Positions 10,880 through 21,276 of a stretch of DNA of 64,000 bases are shown one piece after another; the first letter of the stretch is position 1; each line of letters opens with the position of its first letter. The notes beneath the pieces were generated by a model. It was not told the DNA's origin and did not search any database. It saw only the letters and a list, made by a program, of their open reading frames with translations. The DNA lies in the sequence record DRR723986_5381; one strand, written 5' to 3'. Made by a program: the position numbers and the translations under genes.

Positions 10880-10909
10880 TTTGAGATTTTAAAAACTAAT
10901 CTATATTTG
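10880..10909 (+). promoter_or_regulatory. Bacteroidota promoter for the tRNA-Val genes (-33 TTTG, -7 TATATTTG)
   Basis: TTTG at 10880-10883, 18-nt spacer, TATATTTG at 10902-10909, 15 nt before the tRNA. Confidence 0.7.
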
Positions 10910-10924
10910 CAGTCCTAATAATTA

Positions 10925-10999
10925 GGGCGCGTAGCTCAGTTGGTTCAGAGCACTTGGTTTACACCCAAGGGGTCAGGGGTTCGAATCCCTTCGCGCCCA
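10925..10999 (+). tRNA. tRNA-Val (anticodon TAC)
   Basis: Acceptor stem gggcgcg/cgcgccc, anticodon arm cttgg-tttacac-ccaag, T-loop gttcgaatc; CCA not encoded. Confidence 0.95.
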
Positions 11000-11000
11000 C

Positions 11001-11029
11001 AAAAGTTCACAGAAATGTGAACTTTTTTT
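11001..11029 (+). terminator. Hairpin with T tail between the two tRNA genes
   Basis: aaaagttcaca-gaaa-tgtgaactttt followed by further T residues. Confidence 0.7.
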
Positions 11030-11042
11030 GTTTAAGGTATAA

Positions 11043-11117
11043 GGGTCATTAACTCAGTTGGTTTAGAGTGTTACCTTGACAGGGTAGAAGTCACTGGTTC
11101 GAATCCAGTATGACCCA
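11043..11117 (+). tRNA. tRNA-Val (anticodon GAC)
   Basis: Acceptor stem gggtcat/atgaccc, anticodon arm ttacc-ttgacag-ggtag, T-loop gttcgaatc. Confidence 0.95.
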
Positions 11118-11124
11118 CAATTTT

Positions 11125-12405
11125 TTAGATAAATTCTAAAATGCGTTCTAAAGCCATACCACGTGAACCTTTGATAAGTACAGTAGATTCTTTTAAATCT
11201 AGTGATGAAAGAATAGGTTTTAAATCTTCAAAGTTTGCAAACTTATTTGTCGGATGATATGTTTCAGTGTTATTGAAGTTCTCACCAATTAAATAAATAT
11301 TTTTCTCAAAATTTTCTTGAACCAAATTTGCTATTGCTTGATGTTCTTGTTTTGCCTCATCACCAAGCTCAAACATATCACCTAAAAAAAGAAATTTACG
11401 CTTTACATCTAACTGCTTTAGATTATTGATTGCTGCAATCATACTTGTAGGATTAGCGTTGTAAGCATCTAGAATTATTTTAACAGAACCCTTTTCTATT
11501 ATTTCAGATCGATTATTATCAGGACGATAATTCTCTATGGCTGTTTTTATATTGTTATTACTAACCTTAAAATACCTGCCGATAGTTGTTGCAACGGCAA
11601 TATTATTATAATTATAATCACCAATAAGTTGACTATTAATGATTATATCATCAATACGAAATGTAACGTAAGGATTAGCACTTAAGAATTTAATAACAAA
11701 GTCATTTTTTTCATTTTTGCCAAACGTAATAATGTTACTATAGTTACCAATTTGTTTAATTTGCTTGTCATCATCTGTATTTATAAAAGCACATTTGTTG
11801 TTTGATATGATAAAATCATATAACTCTGATTTGCCCTTAATAACTCCTTCAACTCCGCCAAATCCTTCAAGATGTGCTTTACCAAAGTTGGTGATTAAAC
11901 CGTAATCTGGCTGTGCTATTTTAGATAAAAACTCGATTTCTTTTTGATGATTTGCACCCATTTCTACGATACCAAAATTTAGTTCTTCAGTAAAAGTTAA
12001 AAGAGTTAAGGGTACACCAATGTGATTATTTAAGTTGCCTTTAGTTGCTTTTATATTATAAGTTGTATCTAATACTGATGCTATGAGCTCTTTTGTAGTT
12101 GTTTTACCATTACTACCTGTAAGGGCTATTATTGGAATTTTTATTTTATTTCTATGATAAGTCGCAAGTTGTTGGAGGCTTTGAAGAACATTATCAACTA
12201 AAATGCAGTTGTCATTTAATACCGCAGTTTCATCATCAACTACACAGAATTTTGAGCCACCATCAAATGCTTGAGAAACAAATTTGTTTCCATTAAAATT
12301 TTCGCCTTTAAGTGCAAAATATATACAATCCTTAGTTAGTTTTCTGGTGTCAGTTGATACCTTAGAACACTGTTTGAATTTTAGATATAAGTCTTCAATT
12401 TTCAT
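11125..12405 (-). CDS. murF: UDP-N-acetylmuramoyl-tripeptide--D-Ala-D-Ala ligase
   Basis: TGSNGKTTTKE, NNHIGVPLTLL, EMGANH, DAYNANP, LGDMFELG and KGSRGM. Confidence 0.95.
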   Translation of the reverse strand: MKIEDLYLKFKQCSKVSTDTRKLTKDCIYFALKGENFNGNKFVSQAFDGGSKFCVVDDETAVLNDNCILVDNVLQSLQQLATYHRNKIKIPIIALTGSNGKTTTKELIASVLDTTYNIKATKGNLNNHIGVPLTLLTFTEELNFGIVEMGANHQKEIEFLSKIAQPDYGLITNFGKAHLEGFGGVEGVIKGKSELYDFIISNNKCAFINTDDDKQIKQIGNYSNIITFGKNEKNDFVIKFLSANPYVTFRIDDIIINSQLIGDYNYNNIAVATTIGRYFKVSNNNIKTAIENYRPDNNRSEIIEKGSVKIILDAYNANPTSMIAAINNLKQLDVKRKFLFLGDMFELGDEAKQEHQAIANLVQENFEKNIYLIGENFNNTETYHPTNKFANFEDLKPILSSLDLKESTVLIKGSRGMALERILEFI

Positions 12406-12416
12406 AGGCCTAAAAT

Positions 12417-12450
12417 AAAAAAGTCCTGATAATTAAATCAGGACTTTTTT
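12417..12450 (-). terminator. Intrinsic terminator downstream of gldJ
   Basis: aaaaaagtcctgat-aattaa-atcaggactttttt perfect inverted repeat. Confidence 0.8.
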
Positions 12451-12468
12451 AAATTTTATTACATGTTA

Positions 12469-14148
12469 TTAGTTACGTCTCTTACCACCTTTTTGTGATT
12501 TAGAACCAACTCTAGATACTGCACATCTAAAACCAATATAGTCTGTTGCCATATCCTGAGGGAAGTAACGACGTTGAGCAGGATCAATCCAATATGCTCT
12601 GTCTCTCCACGAACCACCTTTATAAACTCTAACTTCATCATTAATTAATGAAGTTCTGTTGTTAGATGTATCGTATTCTCTAACCATTTTACCTTCAGTA
12701 GAATCAACTTCTACAGAATGTTTAGGTGAGTTGTACATCTTACGAGTTTGGTCATTTCTTTCTTCATCTACTTCGAAATTCTCTCTGTAGTAACGAGAAG
12801 ATCTTTTATCACCATCTCTAAAGTTTCTATTATCACTCTTATCAAACTGTGTTCTTAAGTATGTTTCATTCTCGTCGACTGGTATTCTAGCTAGTTCACC
12901 AGGTAAATCTCTTGCAATGATTTTACCATTACTTAAAGTATCATATACAATCTCGTCTACAGTAACAACTTTAACAGTTCCGTCTTCATTAAGTGCTGTT
13001 TTTGTATAAACATTACCTCTGTAGTAGTTAAAGTCGTTAAACTCATCATCTACGATAGGTCTATATACATCAGCTACCCATTCTGCAACATTTCCTGCCA
13101 TATCATATAAACCATAATCATTTGGCTGGTATGATTTAACTTCTGCCGTAATATCTGCTCCATCGTCAGACCATCCAGCAATACCACCGTAATCACCTTT
13201 ACCTTGCTTAAAGTTAGCTAATTGGTCACCACGATTTACACGTTTCCCTGATCTGGTATATTGTCCATCCCATGGGTATTTCTTACGACCTCTATATACA
13301 TTGTAGCTTCGTAATTCACTCATACCTAATGCAGCGTATTCCCACTCTGCTTCGGTCGGTAGTCTATATTTTACAGGAATTAAACCTGTTTCTCTATTTG
13401 CATAAACGTTAATAGGATTTCCATCAGCATCTGTCTGTTGCTTACGTCTACCTCCTTCTAATACTTCAGTATTACCACCATAAGTTTGGGTTGGTGCGTT
13501 TATATATGTATCTGTACTAAAAGTGCTTTCTGCATTTACATCTGTGTATTGAGCATCTCTTTTGATATAACCAGCTTCTTGTAAAGACATTTCTGCTACT
13601 CTATCAGTTCTCCAATTAGCATACTCTACAGCTTGTATCCAACTTACACCAACAACAGGGTAATTTGCATAACCAGGATGACGTAAATAATTTTCAGTCA
13701 TCATTTCGTTGTATCCTAATCTATTTCTCCAAACTAATGTATCTGGTAATGCTCCTTTATAAATTAAAGAATAATTAGGATCGTCTGGCGGATATACATT
13801 CTTTAAATAATCTAAATAAAATAGATAGTTTAAATTAGTTACCTCAGTTTCGTCCATATAAAAAGACTGTACATGTTGTTGGTTTGGAGTGTTATTCCAA
13901 TCATGCATAGGATCATCCTGAACTTTCCCCATTGTGAATGTACCACCTTCTACAAAAGCTGTTCCTGGAGGAGTTTCTTGTTCTTTAAAGTCTGTGTTGT
14001 ATTGAAAACCACCTTGCTTGTCGTTGATTTTCCAACCAGTAGCACTGTCTGTATTTCCTGAACTAGAGGATTTTTTACAGCTAACAATAGATGCGCAAAG
14101 CATCAATGCTACTAATAATTTTAAGTTTGAGACATTTTTCATATCCAT
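12469..14148 (-). CDS. gldJ: Gliding motility lipoprotein GldJ (FGE/SUMF1 domain)
   Basis: Lipobox IVSC; FYMDETEVTN, RLPTEAEWEYAA, GLYDMAGNVAEW and IGFRC; divergent from porU as in flavobacteria. Confidence 0.92.
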   Translation of the reverse strand: MDMKNVSNLKLLVALMLCASIVSCKKSSSSGNTDSATGWKINDKQGGFQYNTDFKEQETPPGTAFVEGGTFTMGKVQDDPMHDWNNTPNQQHVQSFYMDETEVTNLNYLFYLDYLKNVYPPDDPNYSLIYKGALPDTLVWRNRLGYNEMMTENYLRHPGYANYPVVGVSWIQAVEYANWRTDRVAEMSLQEAGYIKRDAQYTDVNAESTFSTDTYINAPTQTYGGNTEVLEGGRRKQQTDADGNPINVYANRETGLIPVKYRLPTEAEWEYAALGMSELRSYNVYRGRKKYPWDGQYTRSGKRVNRGDQLANFKQGKGDYGGIAGWSDDGADITAEVKSYQPNDYGLYDMAGNVAEWVADVYRPIVDDEFNDFNYYRGNVYTKTALNEDGTVKVVTVDEIVYDTLSNGKIIARDLPGELARIPVDENETYLRTQFDKSDNRNFRDGDKRSSRYYRENFEVDEERNDQTRKMYNSPKHSVEVDSTEGKMVREYDTSNNRTSLINDEVRVYKGGSWRDRAYWIDPAQRRYFPQDMATDYIGFRCAVSRVGSKSQKGGKRRN

Positions 14149-14339
14149 ACGTTTAAGTAAGCTCGTTAAATTTTAGATTCGCAATATAACAATTAAAGGT
14201 AAACTGACAACTTTTTTTTACGTCAAAATGCAAAAAAATGTGCATTTCATCCTTTTTTTTGCACACAATAACGGATTTTTGGTCAGTTTATCGGTGTATT
14301 TTGCTTCTTAATAACGAGCTTAAAAATAAATTATTGTTG

Positions 14340-14347
14340 TATTTTTG
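14340..14347 (+). promoter_or_regulatory. -7 box (TATTTTTG), candidate porU promoter
   Basis: TAnnTTTG in the gldJ-porU divergent intergenic region. Confidence 0.4.
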
Positions 14348-14461
14348 AAATAAAAATTAGAAGCTTATAATAACCCTCTTTTGTTGGCGTTATTTTAATG
14401 TGTTTTTACCGAAATTTATAGGTTAGTATAAATGAGGTGATTTTAGCTTAAAAACTTTTAC

Positions 14462-17400
14462 ATGAAAAATTGCTATACTGTTTTACTGTTAACTGTAAGC
14501 TTATTGTGTTTTGGACAGCAAAAACGTTTCAATATTAATTGGAACGGATATAAAGTTCTTGAAACATCCTACGGGAAAAAGGAAATTCCTGCATTTAGTG
14601 ATAAACACTTAGACTATAATGATATTAGAGGGTTAATGTATTTTGTGCAATGGGACAGTGATGGAGAGGTAAATGAAAGCAATGTTGTCTTAACCAACAT
14701 ATCTTATGAAACAATTACACCATTAGATTTAAAAGATCTTGATAAAAATCTAATACCTAATGCACCTCAATATAATTTCTATAATACAAATGCCAGAGAT
14801 AAAAGGTCTTATTACCTAGAGGTGTCTCCGATAATAAATGACAATGGAATTTTTAAAAGAATTAACGGTTTTTCTGTACAATACTCAACACAATTAGGTA
14901 GAAATGCGACTACCAATAATGCTTATAGTGTTACTAATTCGGTTTTAAGTTCGGGTGAATGGTATAAATTTTACATAGAGAAGTCAGGCGTTTTTCAATT
15001 AACCAAGAGTTTTTTAGGTAGTCTGGGTATAAATACTAATTCTATCAACCCTAGAAATATAAAAATTTTCGGAAATGGAGGAAGAATGCTACCGTTAAAC
15101 AATTCTGAAAATTATCCTTTTGATGTCGTTGAGAATGCAATTAAAGTGGTAGGTGAAGAAGATGGAAGTTTTGACTCTAATGATTACATTTTATTTTATG
15201 GTGAAGGCCCTACAACTTATAGCCAAGAGAGTAATACTAATATAAATCTTTATACAGATAGAACATATTACTATATTAATATAAGTTCTGGTAATGGTAA
15301 GCGATTACAATCAATGCCAACGACGGATTTACCAGCAGATTTTCAGATTACAACGTTTCAAGATTATCAGTTTTATGAAGTGGATGAACATAACTTAGCG
15401 AAACTAGGAAGACGGTGGTTTGGCGATAAATTTGATATTGAAAACCAACGCGAGTATGATTTTGAGTTTCCTAATTTAGTTACAAGTGAGCCAATTCGTT
15501 TAAAAACCTCGGTTGGTTCTGTAGCTGAAACATCTACTAGTATGTCATTAGCGGTTAATGGTTCTCAAATAACTAATCTTAATTTACCAGCTGTAGATTT
15601 AAGTAGTTCTATTTTAGCTAGCGCTACAACGTTTAATAATTTTATTAATTCTACTTCAGATCAAATCACGGTAACATTAGATTATGATAATGCTGGTAAT
15701 CCTAGTGCGAGTGCGTATTTAGATTATATAAATTTAGAAGCTACACGTCAATTATCTTATGCAGGTGATCAGTTGATATTTAAAAATTTAGAGGTTAATT
15801 CTACACCAGGAATAGCTGAATATGTAGTTTCTAATACAGGTGCTGTTAGAGAAATATGGGATATTACGGATCGTTTTAATGTAACTAATCTATTAAATAC
15901 AGATAATGAAAATAGTATTTCGTTTAAAGTGCTATCAGGTGAAGAACGTACCTATTTAGCGTTTTCAAATTCTGACTTTTTTCAACCAAAAAAAGAATCA
16001 AGAACAATAGTAGCCAATCAAAATCTTAAGGGAACAATTTTTAATAATGAGCTTGGTCAGTTTGAAGATATAGATTACATCATAATCACACCAACGGAAT
16101 TATTATCTCAGGCCGAAAGACTGGCTCAAATTAACAGGAATCAGTATAACTTAAACGTAAAGGTTGTTGAGTTACGTAAAATATATACAGAATTTAGTAC
16201 AGGAAGTCAAGATATTGCTGCTATAAGAAATTTTGTGAGATATGTATATGAAAATGCCAGTACACCAGCAAAACGATTAAAGTATTTATGCTTATTTGGT
16301 GATGGTTCTTACGACTATAAAGACAGATTAAGAAATAACACTAATGTTGTGCCACCCTGGTATTCTACAAACAGTTTTAGCTTAACAAACTCGTTTGTTT
16401 CAGATGATTTTTATGGAATGCTAGATGAGAATGAAGGTTCAATGGGTAATGCTGATCGTTTAGATGTTGCAATTGGAAGAATATTAGCAGAAGACATACA
16501 ACGAGCCAAGGAAATGGTAGATAAGATTGAATCTTACTATCAAGAAGAAGCGTATGGAAGTTGGAGAAATAATTTGTTATTAATTTCAGACGACGTTGAT
16601 GTGGCCTGGGAAAGAACATTGCAAGAAACTACAGATGATATTGGTACGTCGGTTGAACAAGGAAAACCTTTTATTAATGTTGTAAAAATTCATACTGATG
16701 CGTTTCAACAAGAATCATCAGCTGCGGGTGACCGTTATCCAAAGGTTAATAAAGCCATTAAAGATGCCATAGAAGTTGGTGCTTTAGTTGTTAATTATTT
16801 TGGTCATGGAGGTGAAGACGGATTGGCTAAGGAACGTATTTTTGATAAGTTAGACGCACAAGACATTAACAATACATGTAAGTATAATCTGTTTGTAACC
16901 GTGACTTGTGAGTATACTAAGTTTGATGATCCAAATAGAGAGACTGCAGGTGAATTTACATTTTGGAATAAAAATGGAGGTGCTGTTGCCTTAATAACAA
17001 CAACACGTCAAATCTTTGTAACCGTTGGTGTCTCTTACAATGAAGTTTTAGATGATTATTTGTTTGCCTTTGGTTCAGATGATTACCCAACAGCAGCCGA
17101 AGCCTTAAGGTTAACAAAAACAGACAATAGTATTGCAGGTATTACGCAAAAACGATTAGTCTTTTTTATAGGTGATCCTGCAATGAAGTTGGCTTTCCCA
17201 GAACCAGACATTAAATTAACCAGAGTTAATGATGTAGATATAACACAGCCAATAGATACTTTAAAAGCATTGAGCTACACTAAAATGGCAGGTGAAGTGG
17301 TTGATAGAAATGGTAATTTAATGTCTAACTATAACGGTACATTAACGGCTACCGTTTTTGATAAGCCAATTCAAAGACAAACACTGGCAAATGATAATGT

Positions 17401-18313
17401 CATTGATAATGGTCAGACTATAATTTTAGACTACACGACTTTAGGTGAAGTAGTATTTAAAGGACAGGCGTCTATAGAAAATGGATTATTTGAGTTTGAC
17501 TTTATTGTACCAAGAGATATCGGTATACCTATAGGAAATGGAAAGGTCAGTTTCTATGCACAAACTAACAGTACATTGTCCGATCAGGCTGGCGCCAATT
17601 TCGATGTTAAGATTGGAGGTATTAATGAGAATGCGCCCGAAGATAATATTGGTCCTGTGATTAATCTTTTTATGAATGATGAGAATTTTGTTTCTGGTGG
17701 AATAACTAATGAGTCACCAACATTATTAGCAAAATTACAAGACGAAAACGGTATAAATACTGCAAGTGGTATTGGTCACGATATCACGGCTATTATTGAT
17801 GGTGATGAAGCCAACCCTGTTGTGCTAAATGATTATTATCAAGCAGATTTAGATGATTATACAAATGGTACAGTATCTTATGCTTTTAGAGACCTAGAGC
17901 CAGGTATGCATACCTTAACATTAAAGGCATGGGATGTCTATAATAATTCATCAACAGCTGAGATTCAATTTAATGTTTTTGATAAGGATGAAAAACTAGT
18001 TATTGATAACGTATTGAATTATCCAAATCCATTTGTCAACTATACTGAGTTTTGGTTTAATCATAATAGTGTAGAGCCTTTGGATATCTCAGTTCAAATT
18101 TTTACAGTATCAGGAAAATTGGTTAGAACACTTAATGGTCAAACTTCTGGCGGAAGCAAAACTACCAGTTCGTTATCTAAGGATATTGTTTGGGATGGAA
18201 GAGACGATTTTGGTGATAAAATAGGAAAAGGAGTCTATGTTTATAAACTAAAAGTAAGATCTAACCGTTTAAATAAACAAGTTGAAAAGATTCAAAAACT
18301 TGTTATACTCTAA
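14462..18313 (+). CDS. porU: T9SS sortase/signal peptidase PorU (C25 gingipain-like)
   Basis: SVLSSGEWYK, YLCLFGDGSYDYK, catalytic HGG and TCE motifs, C-terminal NYPNPF...GKGVYVYKL CTD; upstream of porV. Confidence 0.93.
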   Translation: MKNCYTVLLLTVSLLCFGQQKRFNINWNGYKVLETSYGKKEIPAFSDKHLDYNDIRGLMYFVQWDSDGEVNESNVVLTNISYETITPLDLKDLDKNLIPNAPQYNFYNTNARDKRSYYLEVSPIINDNGIFKRINGFSVQYSTQLGRNATTNNAYSVTNSVLSSGEWYKFYIEKSGVFQLTKSFLGSLGINTNSINPRNIKIFGNGGRMLPLNNSENYPFDVVENAIKVVGEEDGSFDSNDYILFYGEGPTTYSQESNTNINLYTDRTYYYINISSGNGKRLQSMPTTDLPADFQITTFQDYQFYEVDEHNLAKLGRRWFGDKFDIENQREYDFEFPNLVTSEPIRLKTSVGSVAETSTSMSLAVNGSQITNLNLPAVDLSSSILASATTFNNFINSTSDQITVTLDYDNAGNPSASAYLDYINLEATRQLSYAGDQLIFKNLEVNSTPGIAEYVVSNTGAVREIWDITDRFNVTNLLNTDNENSISFKVLSGEERTYLAFSNSDFFQPKKESRTIVANQNLKGTIFNNELGQFEDIDYIIITPTELLSQAERLAQINRNQYNLNVKVVELRKIYTEFSTGSQDIAAIRNFVRYVYENASTPAKRLKYLCLFGDGSYDYKDRLRNNTNVVPPWYSTNSFSLTNSFVSDDFYGMLDENEGSMGNADRLDVAIGRILAEDIQRAKEMVDKIESYYQEEAYGSWRNNLLLISDDVDVAWERTLQETTDDIGTSVEQGKPFINVVKIHTDAFQQESSAAGDRYPKVNKAIKDAIEVGALVVNYFGHGGEDGLAKERIFDKLDAQDINNTCKYNLFVTVTCEYTKFDDPNRETAGEFTFWNKNGGAVALITTTRQIFVTVGVSYNEVLDDYLFAFGSDDYPTAAEALRLTKTDNSIAGITQKRLVFFIGDPAMKLAFPEPDIKLTRVNDVDITQPIDTLKALSYTKMAGEVVDRNGNLMSNYNGTLTATVFDKPIQRQTLANDNVIDNGQTIILDYTTLGEVVFKGQASIENGLFEFDFIVPRDIGIPIGNGKVSFYAQTNSTLSDQAGANFDVKIGGINENAPEDNIGPVINLFMNDENFVSGGITNESPTLLAKLQDENGINTASGIGHDITAIIDGDEANPVVLNDYYQADLDDYTNGTVSYAFRDLEPGMHTLTLKAWDVYNNSSTAEIQFNVFDKDEKLVIDNVLNYPNPFVNYTEFWFNHNSVEPLDISVQIFTVSGKLVRTLNGQTSGGSKTTSSLSKDIVWDGRDDFGDKIGKGVYVYKLKVRSNRLNKQVEKIQKLVIL

Positions 18314-18321
18314 TAAAAAAT

Positions 18322-18329
18322 TATATTTG
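18322..18329 (+). promoter_or_regulatory. -7 box (TATATTTG) upstream of porV
   Basis: TAnnTTTG immediately after the porU stop codon. Confidence 0.55.
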
Positions 18330-18359
18330 TTAATCATTTAATGCCTCTAAAAAGGCATT

Positions 18360-19601
18360 ATGAACTCAAAAGTACTCATGAAAAAATACTTAATAACCCT
18401 TATCGCTTTTGCAACAATTAACCTATCGTTTGCGCAAGATTCAGAAACAGTAACTTTTCCTAATCAGTCCTCAGTTATTACTACTGGTGTACCTTTTATG
18501 TTAATTGCACCAGACGCTAGAGCGGCAGGTATGGGAGATATTGGTGTAGCAACATCAGTAGATGGATTTTCACAACAATGGAACCCTGCAAAATATGTAT
18601 TCTCAGAAGCTAAATCTGGTGTAAGTTTAAGCTATACGCCTTATTTGAGTAAATTAGTTAATGATATTTCGATTGGTTATATCACATATTTTAATAGATT
18701 AAATGAATACAGTGCAATATCAGCAAGTTTTAAATATTTTAGTTTAGGAGAAATAACATTAACTCAAGGTGAAAACGATCCTGGAATAAATGTAAAGCCT
18801 AATGAATTTACAGCTGATTTGGCATATACATTGCGATTAGCAGATCAGTTTTCAATGGCTATTGCTTTACGTTATTTAAGATCTGACCTTAGGATTGATC
18901 AAGTAGATCCAAACGCTGATGCAGCAAATACATTTGGTGCTGATATAACAGGATATTATCAAAGTGAAGAAGAAGCATATAATGATTTTAATGGTCGTTG
19001 GCGAGCAGGTTTTGCTATCCAAAATTTAGGACCAAAATTTAAGTACGATGATGGTGGTAGAGAAAACTTTCAGCCAACAACATTAAGACTTGGTGGTGGA
19101 TTCGATTTTATTTTCGATGAATACAATAAACTTGGTGTTACTGCAGAAGTAGCTAAGTTATTAGTGCCAACTCCACCAAAATTAGGTTATGTTGATACAA
19201 TTCAAGAAGGTGATACTGAGCTTAACGGTGAGCAAGACCCTAATGAGCCAACAATAATTGTAGCAGGACAAGATAACGACGTAAGTTTTATAGAAGGTAT
19301 TTTTCAGTCCTTTGGTGATGCGCCCGGTGGATTTAGTGAAGAGCTCAGAGAGTTTACATGGGCTGTTGGTGCAGAATATACCTATCAGGATTCATTTGCA
19401 TTCCGAGCAGGATATTTTAATGAAGCAGAAGATAAAGGAGCAAGAAAATTCTTTGCTTTAGGTGCAGGATTTAAGTACACAACAATAAATGTAGACTTAT
19501 CGTATCTTTTCTCCGCATCTAAAATACAGAGTCCATTAGAAAATACGTTGCGTTTTTCATTGACCTTTAATTTTGGTGATGGTGAATATGATGAATATTA
19601 G
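18360..19601 (+). CDS. porV: T9SS outer-membrane shuttle PorV (start may be ATG 18378)
   Basis: ITTGVPFMLIAPDARAAGMGD, WNPAKY, SYTPYL and PLENTLRFSL. Confidence 0.93.
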   Translation: MNSKVLMKKYLITLIAFATINLSFAQDSETVTFPNQSSVITTGVPFMLIAPDARAAGMGDIGVATSVDGFSQQWNPAKYVFSEAKSGVSLSYTPYLSKLVNDISIGYITYFNRLNEYSAISASFKYFSLGEITLTQGENDPGINVKPNEFTADLAYTLRLADQFSMAIALRYLRSDLRIDQVDPNADAANTFGADITGYYQSEEEAYNDFNGRWRAGFAIQNLGPKFKYDDGGRENFQPTTLRLGGGFDFIFDEYNKLGVTAEVAKLLVPTPPKLGYVDTIQEGDTELNGEQDPNEPTIIVAGQDNDVSFIEGIFQSFGDAPGGFSEELREFTWAVGAEYTYQDSFAFRAGYFNEAEDKGARKFFALGAGFKYTTINVDLSYLFSASKIQSPLENTLRFSLTFNFGDGEYDEY

Positions 19602-19627
19602 AAAGAGCAAATAACAACCTAATAAAG

Positions 19628-19660
19628 AACTATTGTTTTGAAAAAAGCAATAGTTTTTTT
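19628..19660 (+). terminator. Intrinsic terminator after porV
   Basis: aactattgtttt...aaagcaatagtt stem followed by a T run. Confidence 0.6.
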
Positions 19661-19679
19661 GTCTGTAATAGAAACTGAT

Positions 19680-20162
19680 ATGAAGGAAGTTAAAATAGAG
19701 ACAACTTTAAAAGTTTATAATGATTTAAGTGAATTACCTCAAGAGGTGCAAGACTTAATGAATACTGCTTTTGATGCCAGAAATAATGCATATGCACCTT
19801 ATTCAAAATTTAATGTCGGTGCGGCAATATTATTAGACAATGATAAAGTAGTCATTGGGAATAACCAGGAAAATGCTTCATATCCTTCTGGATTATGTGC
19901 GGAGCGCACAGCAATATATTATGCAGGTGCTAAATATCCAAATGCCAAAATATTAAAAATGGTACTTACAGCTGCATCACAAAAACAAGTTACTGATAAG
20001 CCTATACCACCTTGTGGAGCGTGCAGACAAGCCATTGCGGAATACGAAATTAAACAAGATCAACCCATAGAAATCTATTTTATGGGAGAGAAAGGAAAGG
20101 TTGTTAAATCAGATTCATTAGCTAATTTATTGCCTTTACTTTTTGATAACTCAGTTCTATAA
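19680..20162 (+). CDS. cdd: Cytidine deaminase
   Basis: AYAPYSKFNVGAA, NQENA, CAERTA and PCGACRQ zinc motifs; ATG 19680 preferred because the track's TTG lies within the terminator. Confidence 0.92.
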   Translation: MKEVKIETTLKVYNDLSELPQEVQDLMNTAFDARNNAYAPYSKFNVGAAILLDNDKVVIGNNQENASYPSGLCAERTAIYYAGAKYPNAKILKMVLTAASQKQVTDKPIPPCGACRQAIAEYEIKQDQPIEIYFMGEKGKVVKSDSLANLLPLLFDNSVL

Positions 20163-20237
20163 CGATTTCGTAATTAGTATTTAAATAATCTATCGTTTTT
20201 TTAAGAGATACTCTTTCTTCATTACTATCTAAAATGT

Positions 20238-20245
20238 TATTTTTG
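20238..20245 (+). promoter_or_regulatory. -7 box (TATTTTTG) for pdhA-pdhC
   Basis: TAnnTTTG 29 nt upstream of the ATG. Confidence 0.5.
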
Positions 20246-20274
20246 TTATTCGTTTTTAATGAATTTATCAAAGA

Positions 20275-21273
20275 ATGAAAAAAGTAACCAAAGAAGTTTA
20301 TCTCAAATGGTATGAAGACATGCTATTTTGGCGCAAGTTTGAAGACAAATTAGCTGCCGTTTATATCCAGCAAAAAGTTAGAGGATTTCTTCATTTATAT
20401 AATGGTCAGGAAGCTGTTCTTGCAGGTGCATTGCACGCAATGGATTTAACTAAAGATAAAATGATTACCGCATATCGTAATCATGTTCAACCAATTGGTA
20501 TGGGTGTAGATCCAAAACGTGTTATGGCCGAATTGTATGGTAAGGCTACTGGAACGTCTCAAGGTCTTGGTGGATCAATGCACATATTTTCAAAGGAACA
20601 TCGTTTTTATGGTGGTCATGGTATTGTCGGTGGCCAGATTCCTTTAGGAGCTGGTATTGCTTTTGGTGACAAGTATCAAGGAAGTGATGCAGTTACTTTA
20701 TGTTGTTTTGGTGACGGTGCTGCAAGGCAAGGATCTCTCCACGAAACTTTTAATTTGGCTATGCTATGGAATTTACCTGTGGTTTTTGTTTGTGAAAACA
20801 ATGGTTACGCAATGGGTACTTCAGTAGAACGTACGGCTAATCATACAGACATATGGAAGCTAGGTTTAGGTTATGAGATGCCTTCTGGTCCAGTAGATGG
20901 AATGAATCCTGTCAAGGTAGCCGAAGCTTTTGATGATGCCATTCAGCGTGCTAGAAATGGAGGAGGACCATCATTCTTAGAAGTTAAAACATATAGATAT
21001 AGAGGACACTCAATGTCAGATGCTCAGCATTATAGAACTAAAGATGAAGTTGAAGAATACAAGAAAATTGATCCAATTACTCAGGTGAAAGATGTTCTTC
21101 TAGAAAAGAAATATGCAACTGAGGATGAAATAAAAGAAATTGATAAAGACGTAAAAGCAAAGGTCTCAGAATGCGAGAAATTCGCAGAAGAATCTCCATA
21201 CCCAGAGAAAAGCGTAATGTATGACGCTGTATATGAACAAGAAGATTATCCATTTATACAACACAAATTATAA
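20275..21273 (+). CDS. pdhA: Pyruvate dehydrogenase E1 alpha subunit
   Basis: GFLHLYNGQEA, GGSMH, GDGA TPP motif and TYRYRGHSMSD. Confidence 0.96.
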   Translation: MKKVTKEVYLKWYEDMLFWRKFEDKLAAVYIQQKVRGFLHLYNGQEAVLAGALHAMDLTKDKMITAYRNHVQPIGMGVDPKRVMAELYGKATGTSQGLGGSMHIFSKEHRFYGGHGIVGGQIPLGAGIAFGDKYQGSDAVTLCCFGDGAARQGSLHETFNLAMLWNLPVVFVCENNGYAMGTSVERTANHTDIWKLGLGYEMPSGPVDGMNPVKVAEAFDDAIQRARNGGGPSFLEVKTYRYRGHSMSDAQHYRTKDEVEEYKKIDPITQVKDVLLEKKYATEDEIKEIDKDVKAKVSECEKFAEESPYPEKSVMYDAVYEQEDYPFIQHKL

Positions 21274-21276
21274 GCT

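Noticed and set aside
10925..11124. tRNA genes as an integration site for an island or prophage
   Set aside because: No integrase and no duplicated tRNA 3' end seen; the flanks are core genes (folC, murF)
14229..14263. Imperfect inverted repeat tgcaaaaaaa...tttttttgca in the gldJ-porU intergenic region
   Set aside because: Mostly homopolymer arms in AT-rich DNA; cannot be distinguished from chance
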